64,000 bases of DNA, from positions 1,029 to 65,028 of the forward strand of contig JAHFFP010000001.1 of the NCBI GenBank assembly GCA_023247895.1, given 5' to 3'. Positions 27,735 through 38,045 of the stretch are shown piece by piece. The notes under the pieces were generated by a model. The model was not told the origin of the DNA. It ran no database searches and saw nothing but the letters and a program-made list of their open reading frames with translations. The translations under genes were made by a program, and so were the position numbers. This DNA is from Candidatus Omnitrophota bacterium (GTDB lineage Bacteria > Omnitrophota > Gorgyraeia > Gygaellales > UBA12090). The number at the start of each line of letters is the position of its first letter. Within the stretch, counting starts at the first letter, position 1.

Positions 27735-29111
27735 TTATCCAATTAAATTAGTACTTTTGTTATGGTCGCTCTCATTGACTAAAATTTTCTTTTCGGCTAA
27801 TGGTCCAACGAGTAGAGATAAAACTCGTCCATAGCTTTCACAATCCACTATTGTTACAGCGATCCCTTCGCTTTCCAGTTTCGTCTTTATTACTAATACT
27901 TCTTTAAGATCAGAATGGCGAAATACTTCTTTTAAATTTCCCTGATTTTTAAAAGAATAATAAATCCCTAAAATTATACCAATAAATGAGACTAATTCAT
28001 AACCCGTAAATGGAATATGAACATGAAGTAATCTGTGAAGAAAAACGGGTAAAAAAGCAACGCCACATAAAAAAATACTCCAAATAAATATGATTTTTGT
28101 CACTATATTATCTAAATATTCTATAGCAGATTTTTCCGTATCTCTCCCCGGTATAGATAATCCAAAATGCTTTAATTTAGGTACTAATTCTACGGGGTTA
28201 AATACCACTGCCGTACAGAAATAAGCAAAGAAAATAATTGATACTACCCACACGAGATATGAACCCCACGTCCCCGGCGTTAAAATATTACCTATAATAC
28301 CGGATGCTGAATTGACATGCTTACCAGAAAATACCATTACAGTAGCCGGAAATAATAATATACTGCTGGTAAAGTAAATTGGAAGTATCCCTCCAAGGTT
28401 AAAAGGTATCGTCATCGAAAGATCTTTAGAATTCTTTCCAGGAATACTTACTGATATTGTTTTATATTTTCTTAACATAAAAATAATTAGTCCAACAAAT
28501 GAAATAAATAACAATAACCCTAAGCTTGCTTTTAATAGACTTGAATTAAGGACCTCTTTTACCATCTGAGGTATAAGATGCCTAAACTTCATTAGTAGCC
28601 CCGAAATAATAAATAATGATATTCCGTTTCCAATTCCATATTTATTGATTTGATTCGCCATCCAAATAATAACCAAAACTCCGCCAGTAATAGACAAAAT
28701 GGATAACATTCGAAAAATGATACCAGGGTTACTAACTAGATAAATTCCATGAACCTTCCCAAAACTTTCCATCCATAGAGACAGAAAAAAAGCTTGAATT
28801 AGGCTAAGAAGAATGACTCCTACATATATAAATTGATTAATTTTTCTAATTCCTAGGGCACCATTTTTATATCTATTTCTCAAGGGGGGTACCACAGCTA
28901 TTAATAACATGAATATAATATGAGTGGATAGATAAGGCATAATATCTAAAGAAAAAATGGATATACGCCGCATAATTAACTCTAAGTAACCCATATTAGG
29001 AATGTTAGTAAGAGATTTTAAAGCAGCGTAACTCACTCCGGACACAGGAATAAATCTTCCAGCCCAGTAGAGCAGTAAAAACAATAATGTTATGCAAATG
29101 CGTTTGTACAT
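27735..29111 (-). CDS. SecY-family translocon protein paralog with ~60-aa C-terminal cytoplasmic extension
   Basis: AGRFIPVSGV, LDIMPYLSTHIIFMLL, YGIGNGISLFIISG, GGILPIYFTSSILLFPATVM and FCTAVVFNPVELVPKLKHFGLSIPG align with canonical SecY signatures. Confidence 0.75.
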   Translation of the reverse strand: MYKRICITLLFLLLYWAGRFIPVSGVSYAALKSLTNIPNMGYLELIMRRISIFSLDIMPYLSTHIIFMLLIAVVPPLRNRYKNGALGIRKINQFIYVGVILLSLIQAFFLSLWMESFGKVHGIYLVSNPGIIFRMLSILSITGGVLVIIWMANQINKYGIGNGISLFIISGLLMKFRHLIPQMVKEVLNSSLLKASLGLLLFISFVGLIIFMLRKYKTISVSIPGKNSKDLSMTIPFNLGGILPIYFTSSILLFPATVMVFSGKHVNSASGIIGNILTPGTWGSYLVWVVSIIFFAYFCTAVVFNPVELVPKLKHFGLSIPGRDTEKSAIEYLDNIVTKIIFIWSIFLCGVAFLPVFLHRLLHVHIPFTGYELVSFIGIILGIYYSFKNQGNLKEVFRHSDLKEVLVIKTKLESEGIAVTIVDCESYGRVLSLLVGPLAEKKILVNESDHNKSTNLIG

Positions 29112-29136
29112 TGCCCCCTCCTATAAATAGTGCTTC

Positions 29137-29334
29137 CTATTTTCTTCCTACCAGCTCATCTATCGAAACCCCAAAAACATCCGCTAATCTTGAAAGGGTC
29201 TCAAATGTTGGATTTTTTGCTTTTCCTACTTCTATTTTAGAAATTGTGTTATATGAAATATCGGTCAGTCGGGCAAGTTTTTCTTGAGATAATTTCTTTT
29301 GTTGTCTTAGCTTTTTCAGATTTTTACCTAACAT
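29137..29334 (-). CDS. XRE-family HTH transcriptional regulator
   Basis: LSQEKLARLTDISYNTISKIEVG. Confidence 0.7.
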   Translation of the reverse strand: MLGKNLKKLRQQKKLSQEKLARLTDISYNTISKIEVGKAKNPTFETLSRLADVFGVSIDELVGRK

Positions 29335-29418
29335 TTTGGGCTTGACTCAAAGTCAATTACATATTATAATACTCGTATTATAAAGTATACTTTATTTTTT
29401 CTATTATACCACTAAAAC

Positions 29419-29758
29419 TAATATTCTGACATCAAAATTTTTGTTCTTTATAATGGCGAAGATGTTGGGGCGGGAGAGCGGACGAACTCTTATTAAAAAA
29501 ATCGTTTTACCTGTAATAAATTCTTGGAGTGAGGACGCTGTGTTTTGCAGCCGCCCGCACCCGGCTACAAAACACAAGCAAAGCTGAACCCGCATTGCAT
29601 GAGCAAGAAGCCAGCCGGCCCAGGCTGGCGCCGAATGAGCCCCGCTCCTAAACGGGGCGAATGGGGCGCGGGAGATGTGGGAGCCCGACAGGGCGGTGCA
29701 GATTAAAAATTTAGCAAAGGAATTTGGCGGTAAAAACTTCTGACTTCGTCGCAAGAAC
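29419..29758 (-). repeat. GC-rich 340-nt element, copy B (inverted orientation)
   Basis: Reverse complement matches 27384-27723. Confidence 0.8.
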
Positions 29759-29760
29759 AC

Positions 29761-29814
29761 CGCCAGTCAAGACGACCCTGCGATTGGGCGATGTAATCGT
29801 AGGGTCGTCTTGAC
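29761..29814 (-). terminator. perfect 20-bp stem hairpin immediately 3' of tRNA-Ser(TGA)
   Basis: cgccagtcaagacgaccct...agggtcgtcttgactggcg. Confidence 0.5.
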
Positions 29815-29904
29815 TGGCGGAGAGGGTGAGATTTGAACTCACGGTGGAGTTGCCCCCACAACAGTTTTCAAGACTGCCGCTTTCAACCACTCAGCCACCT
29901 CTCC
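29815..29904 (-). tRNA. tRNA-Ser (anticodon TGA), CCA encoded
   Basis: GGAGAGG acceptor, long variable arm, GGTTCAAATCTCACC T-arm, anticodon loop CT-TGA-AA. Confidence 0.8.
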
Positions 29905-29980
29905 AATTTTCCCTATATTTATTACTATGAAAATTGGATATCGAACCCCGCGTTCTATGCGGGGTGAAATATCTGCGTTT

Positions 29981-30643
29981 TTATAAAAATAACTGCTTAA
30001 ACACCGCCACAAAAATATCTTTGCTTATCTGGTAAGAGCCGTTAAAGAAGGAAAGGAAGGAAAATTGCTCAAAGGCGCTATTAAGAAAACCGGCCACAAT
30101 AATTGCGTCTAAAATATAAATCCATGAAAACCCAAACAAATACCCTGCCTTAAGATTATCTCCCTGTTTCAAACGCAGGGTCTTTGCCGAAAACACAAGG
30201 TGCAGTGATATGCTAAAACCTATCATAAAGAGAAACATCGTTATATACTCACGAATATCCATCAAAGAACTGAGTATTAAATATATTGAGAAAATAAGGA
30301 TAGTGTATATGGGCAGCACAAACGGCGCGACCTTTACCAGGGGCGCGAAAAAACGCACCAAAACCTCAACTATTCTTTGGCCTTTCTTATAAAGAATCGC
30401 TGGCTCTCCTATAAACAGATACGCTCCCACAAAGCTCACAATCCCCCAAAGAAAAGAATGGCTCACTGACGGCTCTACCTTCAATAGTTCTTGGCCGAAA
30501 TTTACGGTAACCGCGTACACCACCGGAAGCAACAATATGCCGATGGTAAGCTTTAGAAAGAGCGTAAAGAACTCCTTAATTTTATTCTTAGAAGGAGGCT
30601 TAAGATCGCTAAATAACTTATCTTGTGATTCTATCTTTTCCAT
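29981..30643 (-). CDS. hypothetical polytopic membrane protein
   Basis: 220-aa ORF with 5-6 TM helices; overlaps serS 3' end by 26 nt. Confidence 0.45.
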   Translation of the reverse strand: MEKIESQDKLFSDLKPPSKNKIKEFFTLFLKLTIGILLLPVVYAVTVNFGQELLKVEPSVSHSFLWGIVSFVGAYLFIGEPAILYKKGQRIVEVLVRFFAPLVKVAPFVLPIYTILIFSIYLILSSLMDIREYITMFLFMIGFSISLHLVFSAKTLRLKQGDNLKAGYLFGFSWIYILDAIIVAGFLNSAFEQFSFLSFFNGSYQISKDIFVAVFKQLFL

Positions 30644-31898
30644 TGAAATAAGGCCTTAACACCTCAGGGATTACCACGGTCCCATCAGGCTGCTGGTAAT
30701 TTTCCAATATGGCAACCATTGTCCTGGGAAGAGCAACCCCTGATCCGTTTAAGGTATGCACATATTCTGTCGTCGTGCGTTTTGCGTCCTGCGTCTTGCG
30801 TCTAAATTTAATATTTGCCCGTCGGGCCTGAAAGCTCTCAAAATTGCTGCAGCTTGAAACCTCAAGCCATTTATCAATACCCGGGGCGTATGCCTCAAGG
30901 TCGTAGCATTTGCTTGCGGCAAAGCTTATATCGCCGCTTGAAAGCATCACCACCCGATACGGCAAACCTAAAAGCTGTAACACTGTTTCCGCGTTTTGCA
31001 CCAGTTTCTCCAATTCATCATATGAGCTATCCGGTGTAACAAACTTCACCATTTCAACTTTATCAAACTGATGCACCCTGATTAAACCACGAGTATCCTT
31101 GCCATAAGAGCCAGCTTCTCTTCTAAAACAGGCGGTATAGGCGGTGTAATAAATAGGCAGATCTTCTTCATTTAAGATTTCATCGCGAAAAATATTGGTA
31201 ACCGGCACCTCGGCTGTCGGAATCAGGAACAAATCATCGTCTTTAAGCCGGTACATATCCTCTTCTAATTTAGGAAGCTGCCCTGTACCGGTCATTGATG
31301 CCCGATTCACTAAAAAAGGAGGAAAAATTTCTTTATAGCCGTGCTTTGAGGTGTGTAAATCCAGCATAAAATTATACAACGCCCGTTCTAAGCGCGCGCC
31401 GTCGCCTTTATACAGGATAAAATTAGAGGCGGCAAGCTTTGTCCCGCGCGTAAAATCAATAATATCCAAATGCTCTGCTAACTCTATGTGGCTTCTGGCA
31501 TTGTGAATCTTTTTGGGCTCTCCCCAACTACGCACAATCTTATTTACGCTGGCATCACCCACAGGGATAGACGCGTGCGGGATATTGGGAATGGTAAGCA
31601 GCATACGGTTCACAATAGAGTCATACTCCTTTACTTCCTTCTCTAAGGTATCTATGCGCGCGGCGATTTCTTTCATTGAGGCAATTTTTTCCTTAGGGTC
31701 TTTTTTTTCCTTTAAAAGCGCGGTAATCTCATCATTTGCCTTATTCTTGCGGGCGCGTAAATCCTCAAGCTCAAACAGAACCTTTCGCCTTTTATCATCC
31801 ATCTCGATAAAATTATTCAAATCCAGATTGAGGTTACGCTTTTTTATCGCATCCCTTACTAAATCTATATTTTCTCTGATAAATTTTAAATCTAACAT
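30618..31898 (-). CDS. serS: seryl-tRNA synthetase
   Basis: MLDLKFIREN start, N-terminal coiled-coil arm, class II aaRS motifs (FRREAGS, GSG). Confidence 0.9.
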   Translation of the reverse strand: MLDLKFIRENIDLVRDAIKKRNLNLDLNNFIEMDDKRRKVLFELEDLRARKNKANDEITALLKEKKDPKEKIASMKEIAARIDTLEKEVKEYDSIVNRMLLTIPNIPHASIPVGDASVNKIVRSWGEPKKIHNARSHIELAEHLDIIDFTRGTKLAASNFILYKGDGARLERALYNFMLDLHTSKHGYKEIFPPFLVNRASMTGTGQLPKLEEDMYRLKDDDLFLIPTAEVPVTNIFRDEILNEEDLPIYYTAYTACFRREAGSYGKDTRGLIRVHQFDKVEMVKFVTPDSSYDELEKLVQNAETVLQLLGLPYRVVMLSSGDISFAASKCYDLEAYAPGIDKWLEVSSCSNFESFQARRANIKFRRKTQDAKRTTTEYVHTLNGSGVALPRTMVAILENYQQPDGTVVIPEVLRPYFNGKDRITR

Positions 31899-31903
31899 AA
31901 ACC

Positions 31904-33358
31904 CTATCCTTTTACTACACCCACCGGTCTCATCCGGCAAACCCTCTTGGAGATTCCGGCGTTATGCACCACATCCACCACATCGTTCACATCTTTATAG
32001 GCAAGCGGAGCCTCTTCCACGATTGTGCTACGGCTTGAGGCCATCACGTATATCCCTTGTGCCTCAAGATCCTTGACTAACTTGTGGGCGTCAAAAGCCT
32101 TGGTTGCCGCGGTGCGGGATTTTACCCGCCCTGCGCCATGGCAAGTGGAGTAAAATGTTTCAGCTGCTTTCTCGGTTCCCACCAGTAAATAGGAATTCCT
32201 CCCCATATCTCCCGGGATAATTACAGGTTGCCCTGTTTCCTGGTATTCCTGCGGTAATTCCGGATGCCCCGGAGGGAATGCCCGCGTTGCCCCTTTACGG
32301 TGCACGCAAAGTGTTTTTTCCTTGCCGTCAATCACATGCTTCTCAAGCTTGGCAATGTTATGGGCAACGTCATAAATCAAATCCATACCTATGTTCTGCC
32401 AGGACTTATTCAAAGTGCGCTCAAAGGCCTTACGCGCCAGATGCATCAAACACTGCCTATTATTCCAGGCATAATTTGCCGCCGAGCGCATTGCTGAAAG
32501 GTATTGTGTAGCCTCAAGAGAATCTATCGGAGCGCAGGCAAGCTGCCTATCGGGAACATTAATCCCTTATTTTTGCATTGCCCTCATCATAACTTTAAGG
32601 TAATCATCGCATACCTGATAACCAAAGCCGCGGGAGCCGGAATGAATCATCACGGTTATCAAGCCTTCACTTAAACCAAATACGTCTGCGATATCACTGT
32701 CATAAATCCTGTCAATAACCTGAATTTCCAGAAAATGGTTGCCGCTTCCCAGAGTGCCTGATTGCGCCTTGCCTCTCTCATACGCCCTCTCTGACACCGC
32801 CGAGGGGTCAGCTCCGGGAATTGCCCCGCGCTCTTCAGTTACCTCCAAGTCCTCTGCCACCCCATAACCTTGCGCAACCGCCCACTGAGACCCCTTAACC
32901 ATTATCTGCTGTTCTTCCTTTTCACTTACCTTAATCTCGCCTTTTGAGCCTACGCCTGAAGGCACCAGATGAAACAGGCTTAAGGTTAATTCCCTGATTC
33001 TATTCTTTACTTCTTCATATTCAAGATTTGTTTTAACAAGCCTCACTCCGCAGTTGATATCAAACCCAACTCCCCCGGGAGAAACTACGCCGCCTTTTTG
33101 CGGGTCAGTTGCCGCAACCCCGCCTATGGGGAAACCATATCCCCAGTGTATATCCGGCATAGCAAGCGACGCGCCTACAATTCCCGGTAAAAACGCTACA
33201 TTTGCCACTTGCTCTAGCGCCTTATCTTGACGGATATCTTTAAGGAGTTTTTCATCCGCATAGACTATACCGTCGACACGCATCCCTGGAATAGCCTCTT
33301 TGGGAATCTTCCAACGATAGTTATCTATCTTTTTTAAGCTTTCGTAGGTATCCTGCAT
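31904..33358 (-). pseudogene. rtcB: RNA-splicing ligase RtcB interrupted by in-frame TAA (32567-32569) at a position occupied by Tyr in homologs
   Basis: HSGSRGFGYQV and HGAGR motifs. The two ORFs (263 aa + 195 aa) are in the same frame, 75 nt apart. Readthrough translation ...MQK*GINVPDRQLACAP matches RtcB. Confidence 0.75.
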
Positions 33359-33367
33359 TTTTTCTTA

Positions 33368-33667
33368 TCAAACCAAAAACTTTACCCCGGTTTGAAACTT
33401 ATCTGCTTCTTGTTTCTGCCAAACCACCCTCACCAAGGCTTTAATATGCTCAGACTGCTCACCGTGAAGGTCAAACTCCACATTTAAAATAGTTCCTGAT
33501 GCCAAAGGCTGCGGCAACATAAGGCATAGTCCGCCTTCGCTAATATCCCTGATTAGGCCTGTTTGATATGAAGGCATTACTACCGAATAGGTAACGTTAG
33601 AAATTAACTCTACCCTCTGAGAAGACCTGCGTTCAGCAGAAATCTTTTTCTCTCGCTCAGACATCAA
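33368..33667 (-). CDS. PilZ-domain protein (c-di-GMP binding)
   Basis: RRSSQR...DISEGGL (RxxxR / DxSxxG PilZ motifs). Confidence 0.65.
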   Translation of the reverse strand: MMSEREKKISAERRSSQRVELISNVTYSVVMPSYQTGLIRDISEGGLCLMLPQPLASGTILNVEFDLHGEQSEHIKALVRVVWQKQEADKFQTGVKFLV

Positions 33668-34073
33668 AAATCACCTTTGCCTCATAGCCATCCTTAACCT
33701 GTTTAAATTCCAATTCATGATAGGTTACCGCTTTAATTTCGGTTTTCATCTTATCAGGCGCTTTATCGCCCCACATAATTGCCTTGAGCGTGTTTTGGGT
33801 TACACCTTGAATTGAAAACTCAACACCCACAATTTCGGTAACACTAAATTGATACAGTAATTCCTGAAGCCATTGACGCAGGAGTTCATCATAGCTGTCT
33901 GCCTGCACAGAGATTTCCAGCTTTTCCTTCGGTTTTATACCGCTGGTCTCGGCAATAACCTCAAACATCCCTTTTGCGGCATTCACAAAGAGTTCCTCAA
34001 CCGTATTCCCATAAACCCTTATGCCCACATCAGCGGTATGCTCAAAAAACTTGTATTTTTTCCTCACTCCCAA
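33657..34073 (-). CDS. archease (RtcB cofactor)
   Basis: FEHTADVGIRVYGNTVEELF... archease signature; adjacent to rtcB. Confidence 0.8.
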   Translation of the reverse strand: MGVRKKYKFFEHTADVGIRVYGNTVEELFVNAAKGMFEVIAETSGIKPKEKLEISVQADSYDELLRQWLQELLYQFSVTEIVGVEFSIQGVTQNTLKAIMWGDKAPDKMKTEIKAVTYHELEFKQVKDGYEAKVIFDV

Positions 34074-34339
34074 TCAATAGCCTCTTATTAATCCCAGATT
34101 TTGCATTAGCAAAATATGGGATTAACCTGAATTTTCATTATTATAGCATATTTTTATAATTTTCAATTTGAAATTTCTAATATATACCAAAGAAAAATCC
34201 CCTAACCTATTCAGTTAAAGGATGCGTTTGCCCCTCGCTTAAACGTGCCGAAAATCTCTTTGACATTTTCGGCACAAGCTCGGGATAAATTCGCCCACAC
34301 AACTTACGCAAGGCCTTACGTAAGTTGTGGGCTCATTTA

Positions 34340-34412
34340 TGGGCCATGTAGGAGTCGAACCTACGACCTTGACATTAAGAGTGTCCTGCTCTGCCAATTG
34401 AGCTAATGGCCC
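34340..34412 (-). tRNA. tRNA-Lys (anticodon CTT)
   Basis: GGGCCAT acceptor, anticodon loop CT-CTT-AA, GGTTCGACTCC T-loop; followed by two strong hairpins at 34250-34330. Confidence 0.8.
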
Positions 34413-34543
34413 GAATTTTAATCTTCTTTTCGTTATAAAAAACCCAACCAGATACTAATTTTTGTGAAGCTTACTTATATATTATTCTATTAACGCTGTA
34501 AAGGACGATTTTAAAAAAGACCGCGGGGGAGGAATACCTTGGC

Positions 34544-36592
34544 TTATTCTTTCTCTTTTTCCGATACAGACTCAATGGCCTCCTCAACTCCCCTTTCAAT
34601 CTTACGCTCAATAAAATTAGGGATTCTGTCCTGGAGCTCTTTCTTTAAATCAGACTTAAGCCACTGGAAATTCATGGCGTGGAGTATTCCCGAAAGCTGA
34701 AAGTTAAAACGCAGCGACTCGAGGTCTTCACCCACAAGTTTAAGCAGGCGGCTAAACTTAGGCGATTCCTTTAAGAGTTCTCTGGTTAAAGAAAGCGATA
34801 TTTTGCTTGCGACTAAATCATTCGCGCCTAAACTAAAATACCCGCTCAAATCTACGTCTTTTGAATCCAACTCTATTCTCTGCAGGCCCGCACCGTATTC
34901 ATCTATGGTAAAATTTGAAACTGCACTATCAAAGTCTACCCTGCGAAGCGAGGCAAGTGCAAAAAAATCAGCCAGCCATTTGAAAAACTCAAAATCGCGC
35001 AAATAGCCGTTATGTATCTCCAGAGCGCCCTTTAAGGATAAGCTCGGATAAGTGCTAAAATACATCTGCCCGGACAACTTGCCATATACTTTAGAGAAAT
35101 GAATCAGCAATCCCTCAAGTTTATTGGCAGTTACCTCTGTTACGTAAATATGGGAGGAAATACGCGCCGGAGGCATCCCTGTGTCAAACCCTCCCCAGCC
35201 TTTAAGCAACCCATCGTAAAATGAAGAATGGAATCGTATAAACCTCTGCCTTCCCTCGCGCAGGTCTGTAACCGCGTGCGCGTCATTAAGCAGTATGCTA
35301 TACGTATTAGTTTCAGTTACACATCCAAGGCTTAACTCGCCAAGGGCCATTGAAAGACGAGGATACCGGGAAAGATACAACGCCAATCCTTTTAGGTTAA
35401 GCTCAAGGCTTTCAAGCGGAGGATTGGCCTTTTTCTTCTTTACAAAATCAAAATTGAGCCTTGCGCTTCCTCTGAAGGTATTATGTTCGACAATGCCCTG
35501 CACCTTTAACCCTAACTTCTTTGGATTCTCCATAACCTGTTTTTCAGATTGGCTTAAGGAAGCTTGTATTCCTAAGGAAACAGGCCTTGAAAAAGCAAGA
35601 TTTCCTTTCACGCTCACAGGGTTATTATTGAGAGTAAAGCTGAGGCGCTCTATTTCAAAATGAGGAAATTCTGCCTTAAGCCGGCAATCAATATCAAGGA
35701 TGTTCATATTTACCTTGGATAAATCTATACTTGGAAGACGGGTTTTACGCCTCAACAGATACTCTTTAATATTAAAGTGGCTTTTTTTCCGAGAGCCTTC
35801 TTCAAACAAGGTATCAATAAACGCAAAGCCGTTTAACTGCAAGATACTTCCTGAAGAATCCCCCCACAATTTTACATACGAATTTTCTCTCACATATTCA
35901 ACATTTTCTATAGAAAAACCTCCACTTTTTACAAGAGCCCTGAATTTGTATTGAAAAGGCACGCCTTTTATCACTTGCCGTGAAGGAATACCCTTATAGA
36001 GTGCAGGCATATCTTTGTCTTCGCTTACCTTCCCATAACCAAAAACCAAATCGCCTGCCAGACGCAAGAAAAAGTCCGCGTTAATATAACGCGTGCTCTC
36101 ATTATCATGTACTGTCTCTAAATGAGCTTCTTTAATAGCGAGCGTGATATCTTGCCTTGGCAGGCGCTTTATAAACTCCAGGATTTGCTTAAAGTTATCC
36201 TCTAAGAAAGTATAGCAGGTAGTGTAGTTTGCCTGAGGGGCATACAAAGAGATGCCGTAAAGCTGGAGGCGTTTTTTTGTTAAAAGCTCACTCAAAGAAA
36301 ATCGCGCAACCACCCTAGTCACGCTCACAAATGGTGTGCGGACAGATACGCTCTCGTCAAAGAGAGAAACGTTTTGCGCAATAATAAAGTGAGGCGGGCA
36401 ATAAATGATATTTTCTACAGAAAGCGTAAAGGGCGCAATATATTTCTGCGCCCTTTGAAGTAGTATTTCTTTTGACTTGGCGAGAATACGGTTAAGGTAA
36501 AGGGTAGCAATTACCGTTACGAAAATGACAGCTATTGCTAAAAATCCTATACACCTAGTAAGATATCTTCGCAAACAACTCCCCATCAACAT
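34544..36592 (-). CDS. large membrane-anchored protein of unknown function (possibly AsmA-like)
   Basis: 682 aa, N-terminal TM, beta-rich repetitive body. Confidence 0.35.
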   Translation of the reverse strand: MLMGSCLRRYLTRCIGFLAIAVIFVTVIATLYLNRILAKSKEILLQRAQKYIAPFTLSVENIIYCPPHFIIAQNVSLFDESVSVRTPFVSVTRVVARFSLSELLTKKRLQLYGISLYAPQANYTTCYTFLEDNFKQILEFIKRLPRQDITLAIKEAHLETVHDNESTRYINADFFLRLAGDLVFGYGKVSEDKDMPALYKGIPSRQVIKGVPFQYKFRALVKSGGFSIENVEYVRENSYVKLWGDSSGSILQLNGFAFIDTLFEEGSRKKSHFNIKEYLLRRKTRLPSIDLSKVNMNILDIDCRLKAEFPHFEIERLSFTLNNNPVSVKGNLAFSRPVSLGIQASLSQSEKQVMENPKKLGLKVQGIVEHNTFRGSARLNFDFVKKKKANPPLESLELNLKGLALYLSRYPRLSMALGELSLGCVTETNTYSILLNDAHAVTDLREGRQRFIRFHSSFYDGLLKGWGGFDTGMPPARISSHIYVTEVTANKLEGLLIHFSKVYGKLSGQMYFSTYPSLSLKGALEIHNGYLRDFEFFKWLADFFALASLRRVDFDSAVSNFTIDEYGAGLQRIELDSKDVDLSGYFSLGANDLVASKISLSLTRELLKESPKFSRLLKLVGEDLESLRFNFQLSGILHAMNFQWLKSDLKKELQDRIPNFIERKIERGVEEAIESVSEKEKE

Positions 36593-37088
36593 AACATTCT
36601 ATTTTATCGATATAATACACCACGCGGTGTTTGCGGTAAAATGGCGAGCGGTATTTATACTCTTTGGATTCCCTGAATAAAAAGGTCGTCTGTTTAAGGG
36701 TAATTATCTTTTTCTCAAAATCCTTAACCGCTTTTTCCTTTTCCTGTATCCGGGCTATCTTTAAGAGGTACATAAAGACAAACACATTGGCCTTAGAATC
36801 CGGGTACTCGTTAAGATATTGAGTAAATGCCTTAATCGCATCCGGATAATCCGCAATGAGAGAATAGTATTCTCCTATTGCGAATAAGGCGTTTTCTGCG
36901 TATTTTGAATCAGGATAGTTTAACAAAATCGTGCGAAAACGCATAAAGGCCAAATGGATGTTACCGGAGCGCGCCTCCGCAACAGCCGTAGAATAGAGCT
37001 GCCCTGCCTCTTGTGCATACCCAGAAGCTAAACTAAGGATAAAAAAGAAACAAACTAAAAACAAAATTTTATCCTTGTATTTTTTCAT
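36555..37088 (-). CDS. TPR-repeat lipoprotein, YbgF/CpoB-like
   Basis: Signal peptide; YPDSKYAENALFAIGEYY and YPDSKA... repeats typical of YbgF TPR. Confidence 0.55.
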   Translation of the reverse strand: MKKYKDKILFLVCFFFILSLASGYAQEAGQLYSTAVAEARSGNIHLAFMRFRTILLNYPDSKYAENALFAIGEYYSLIADYPDAIKAFTQYLNEYPDSKANVFVFMYLLKIARIQEKEKAVKDFEKKIITLKQTTFLFRESKEYKYRSPFYRKHRVVYYIDKIECYVDGELFAKISY

Positions 37089-37119
37089 CGCAAAGAAATA
37101 CCTTCTCAGAAACTAAATA

Positions 37120-37193
37120 CGCGCCTGGCTGGGCTCGAACCAGCAACACCTAGTTCCGAAGACTAGTGCTCTATCCGATTGAACTACAGGCGC
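37120..37193 (-). tRNA. tRNA-Arg (anticodon TCG)
   Basis: GCGCCTG acceptor, anticodon loop CT-TCG-GA, GGTTCGAGCCC T-loop. Confidence 0.75.
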
Positions 37194-37196
37194 ACT

Positions 37197-37916
37197 TTAT
37201 ATAATCTCGCACTTTGGCCCTAAAATATCTTTTATCTGATTCAATCGTTCTTTATCCGGAGGTTTAACCCAGATTTCCGTAGTTGACCGCACCGGCGTAT
37301 TAAGCTGTATCTTATCCGGTTTTATTTTATCTATAGCCTCTTTAAACTTATAGGCGTAGCCTATACCATCGTTCATGCCTTTAAGCAGCATTATTTCTAA
37401 GTATATCTTCCCCTTAAATTCATCGCGTAGCGCAATTAATCCGCTTACAATATTTTCTATTTTCATTCCTGTAACAGGCCGGTCTATAACCTCAAAGACA
37501 TCCTCAGTCACTGCATCAAGCGACGGCACAATTATATCCACTCCTAATACATCATGGCGCACTTTTGCGTCAGAAAATAAGGAAGCGTTCGTTATCAGCA
37601 CAAGAGGTACAGAAGTAAGCTTTTTAACTTCGCTAATTACGCGCGCGATATCAACATTAAGCATCGGCTCGCCAAAACCGGAGAGGCTGATATAATCTAT
37701 AGGAGAAGTTTTAGAATCAAGTGTTTTAAAGAATCCCTGCAACTCTGCCAATATTTCTCGTATATCCAGATAACTGCTACGCTGATTGGCCTTTATTGTT
37801 GTCTTACCTAATTGGCAATAAACGCAATCAAAATTACAGACTTTGTGTGGCGTTAAGGTTATCCCAAGCGATAACCCTAATCTACGCGACCTCACAGGAC
37901 CATATATATAACGCAT
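37197..37916 (-). CDS. radical SAM protein
   Basis: CNFDCVYCQ (CxxxCxxC) and YGPVRSRRLGLSLGI N-terminus. Confidence 0.7.
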   Translation of the reverse strand: MRYIYGPVRSRRLGLSLGITLTPHKVCNFDCVYCQLGKTTIKANQRSSYLDIREILAELQGFFKTLDSKTSPIDYISLSGFGEPMLNVDIARVISEVKKLTSVPLVLITNASLFSDAKVRHDVLGVDIIVPSLDAVTEDVFEVIDRPVTGMKIENIVSGLIALRDEFKGKIYLEIMLLKGMNDGIGYAYKFKEAIDKIKPDKIQLNTPVRSTTEIWVKPPDKERLNQIKDILGPKCEII

Positions 37917-37984
37917 TCCTGAAATTATCCGATTGTGTATCTGTGTATAGTTGCCTATCTACGAAATCCACACCGCTAAAATAA

Positions 37985-38017
37985 ACCCCGCATCTATTTT
38001 TTTAATAGGTGCGGGGA
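37985..38017 (-). terminator. Rho-independent terminator downstream of CBM48 gene
   Basis: ccccgca-N17-tgcgggg followed on minus strand by tttatttt. Confidence 0.45.
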
Positions 38018-38045
38018 ATCTTAAAAATGTGCGGTGAACCAAACC

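Noticed and set aside
27361-27834. ORFs predicted inside the GC-rich inverted-repeat element (also 29404-29760)
   Set aside because: Translations are low-complexity Ala/Pro/Arg strings produced by GC-rich hairpins; identical in both copies only because the DNA is duplicated.
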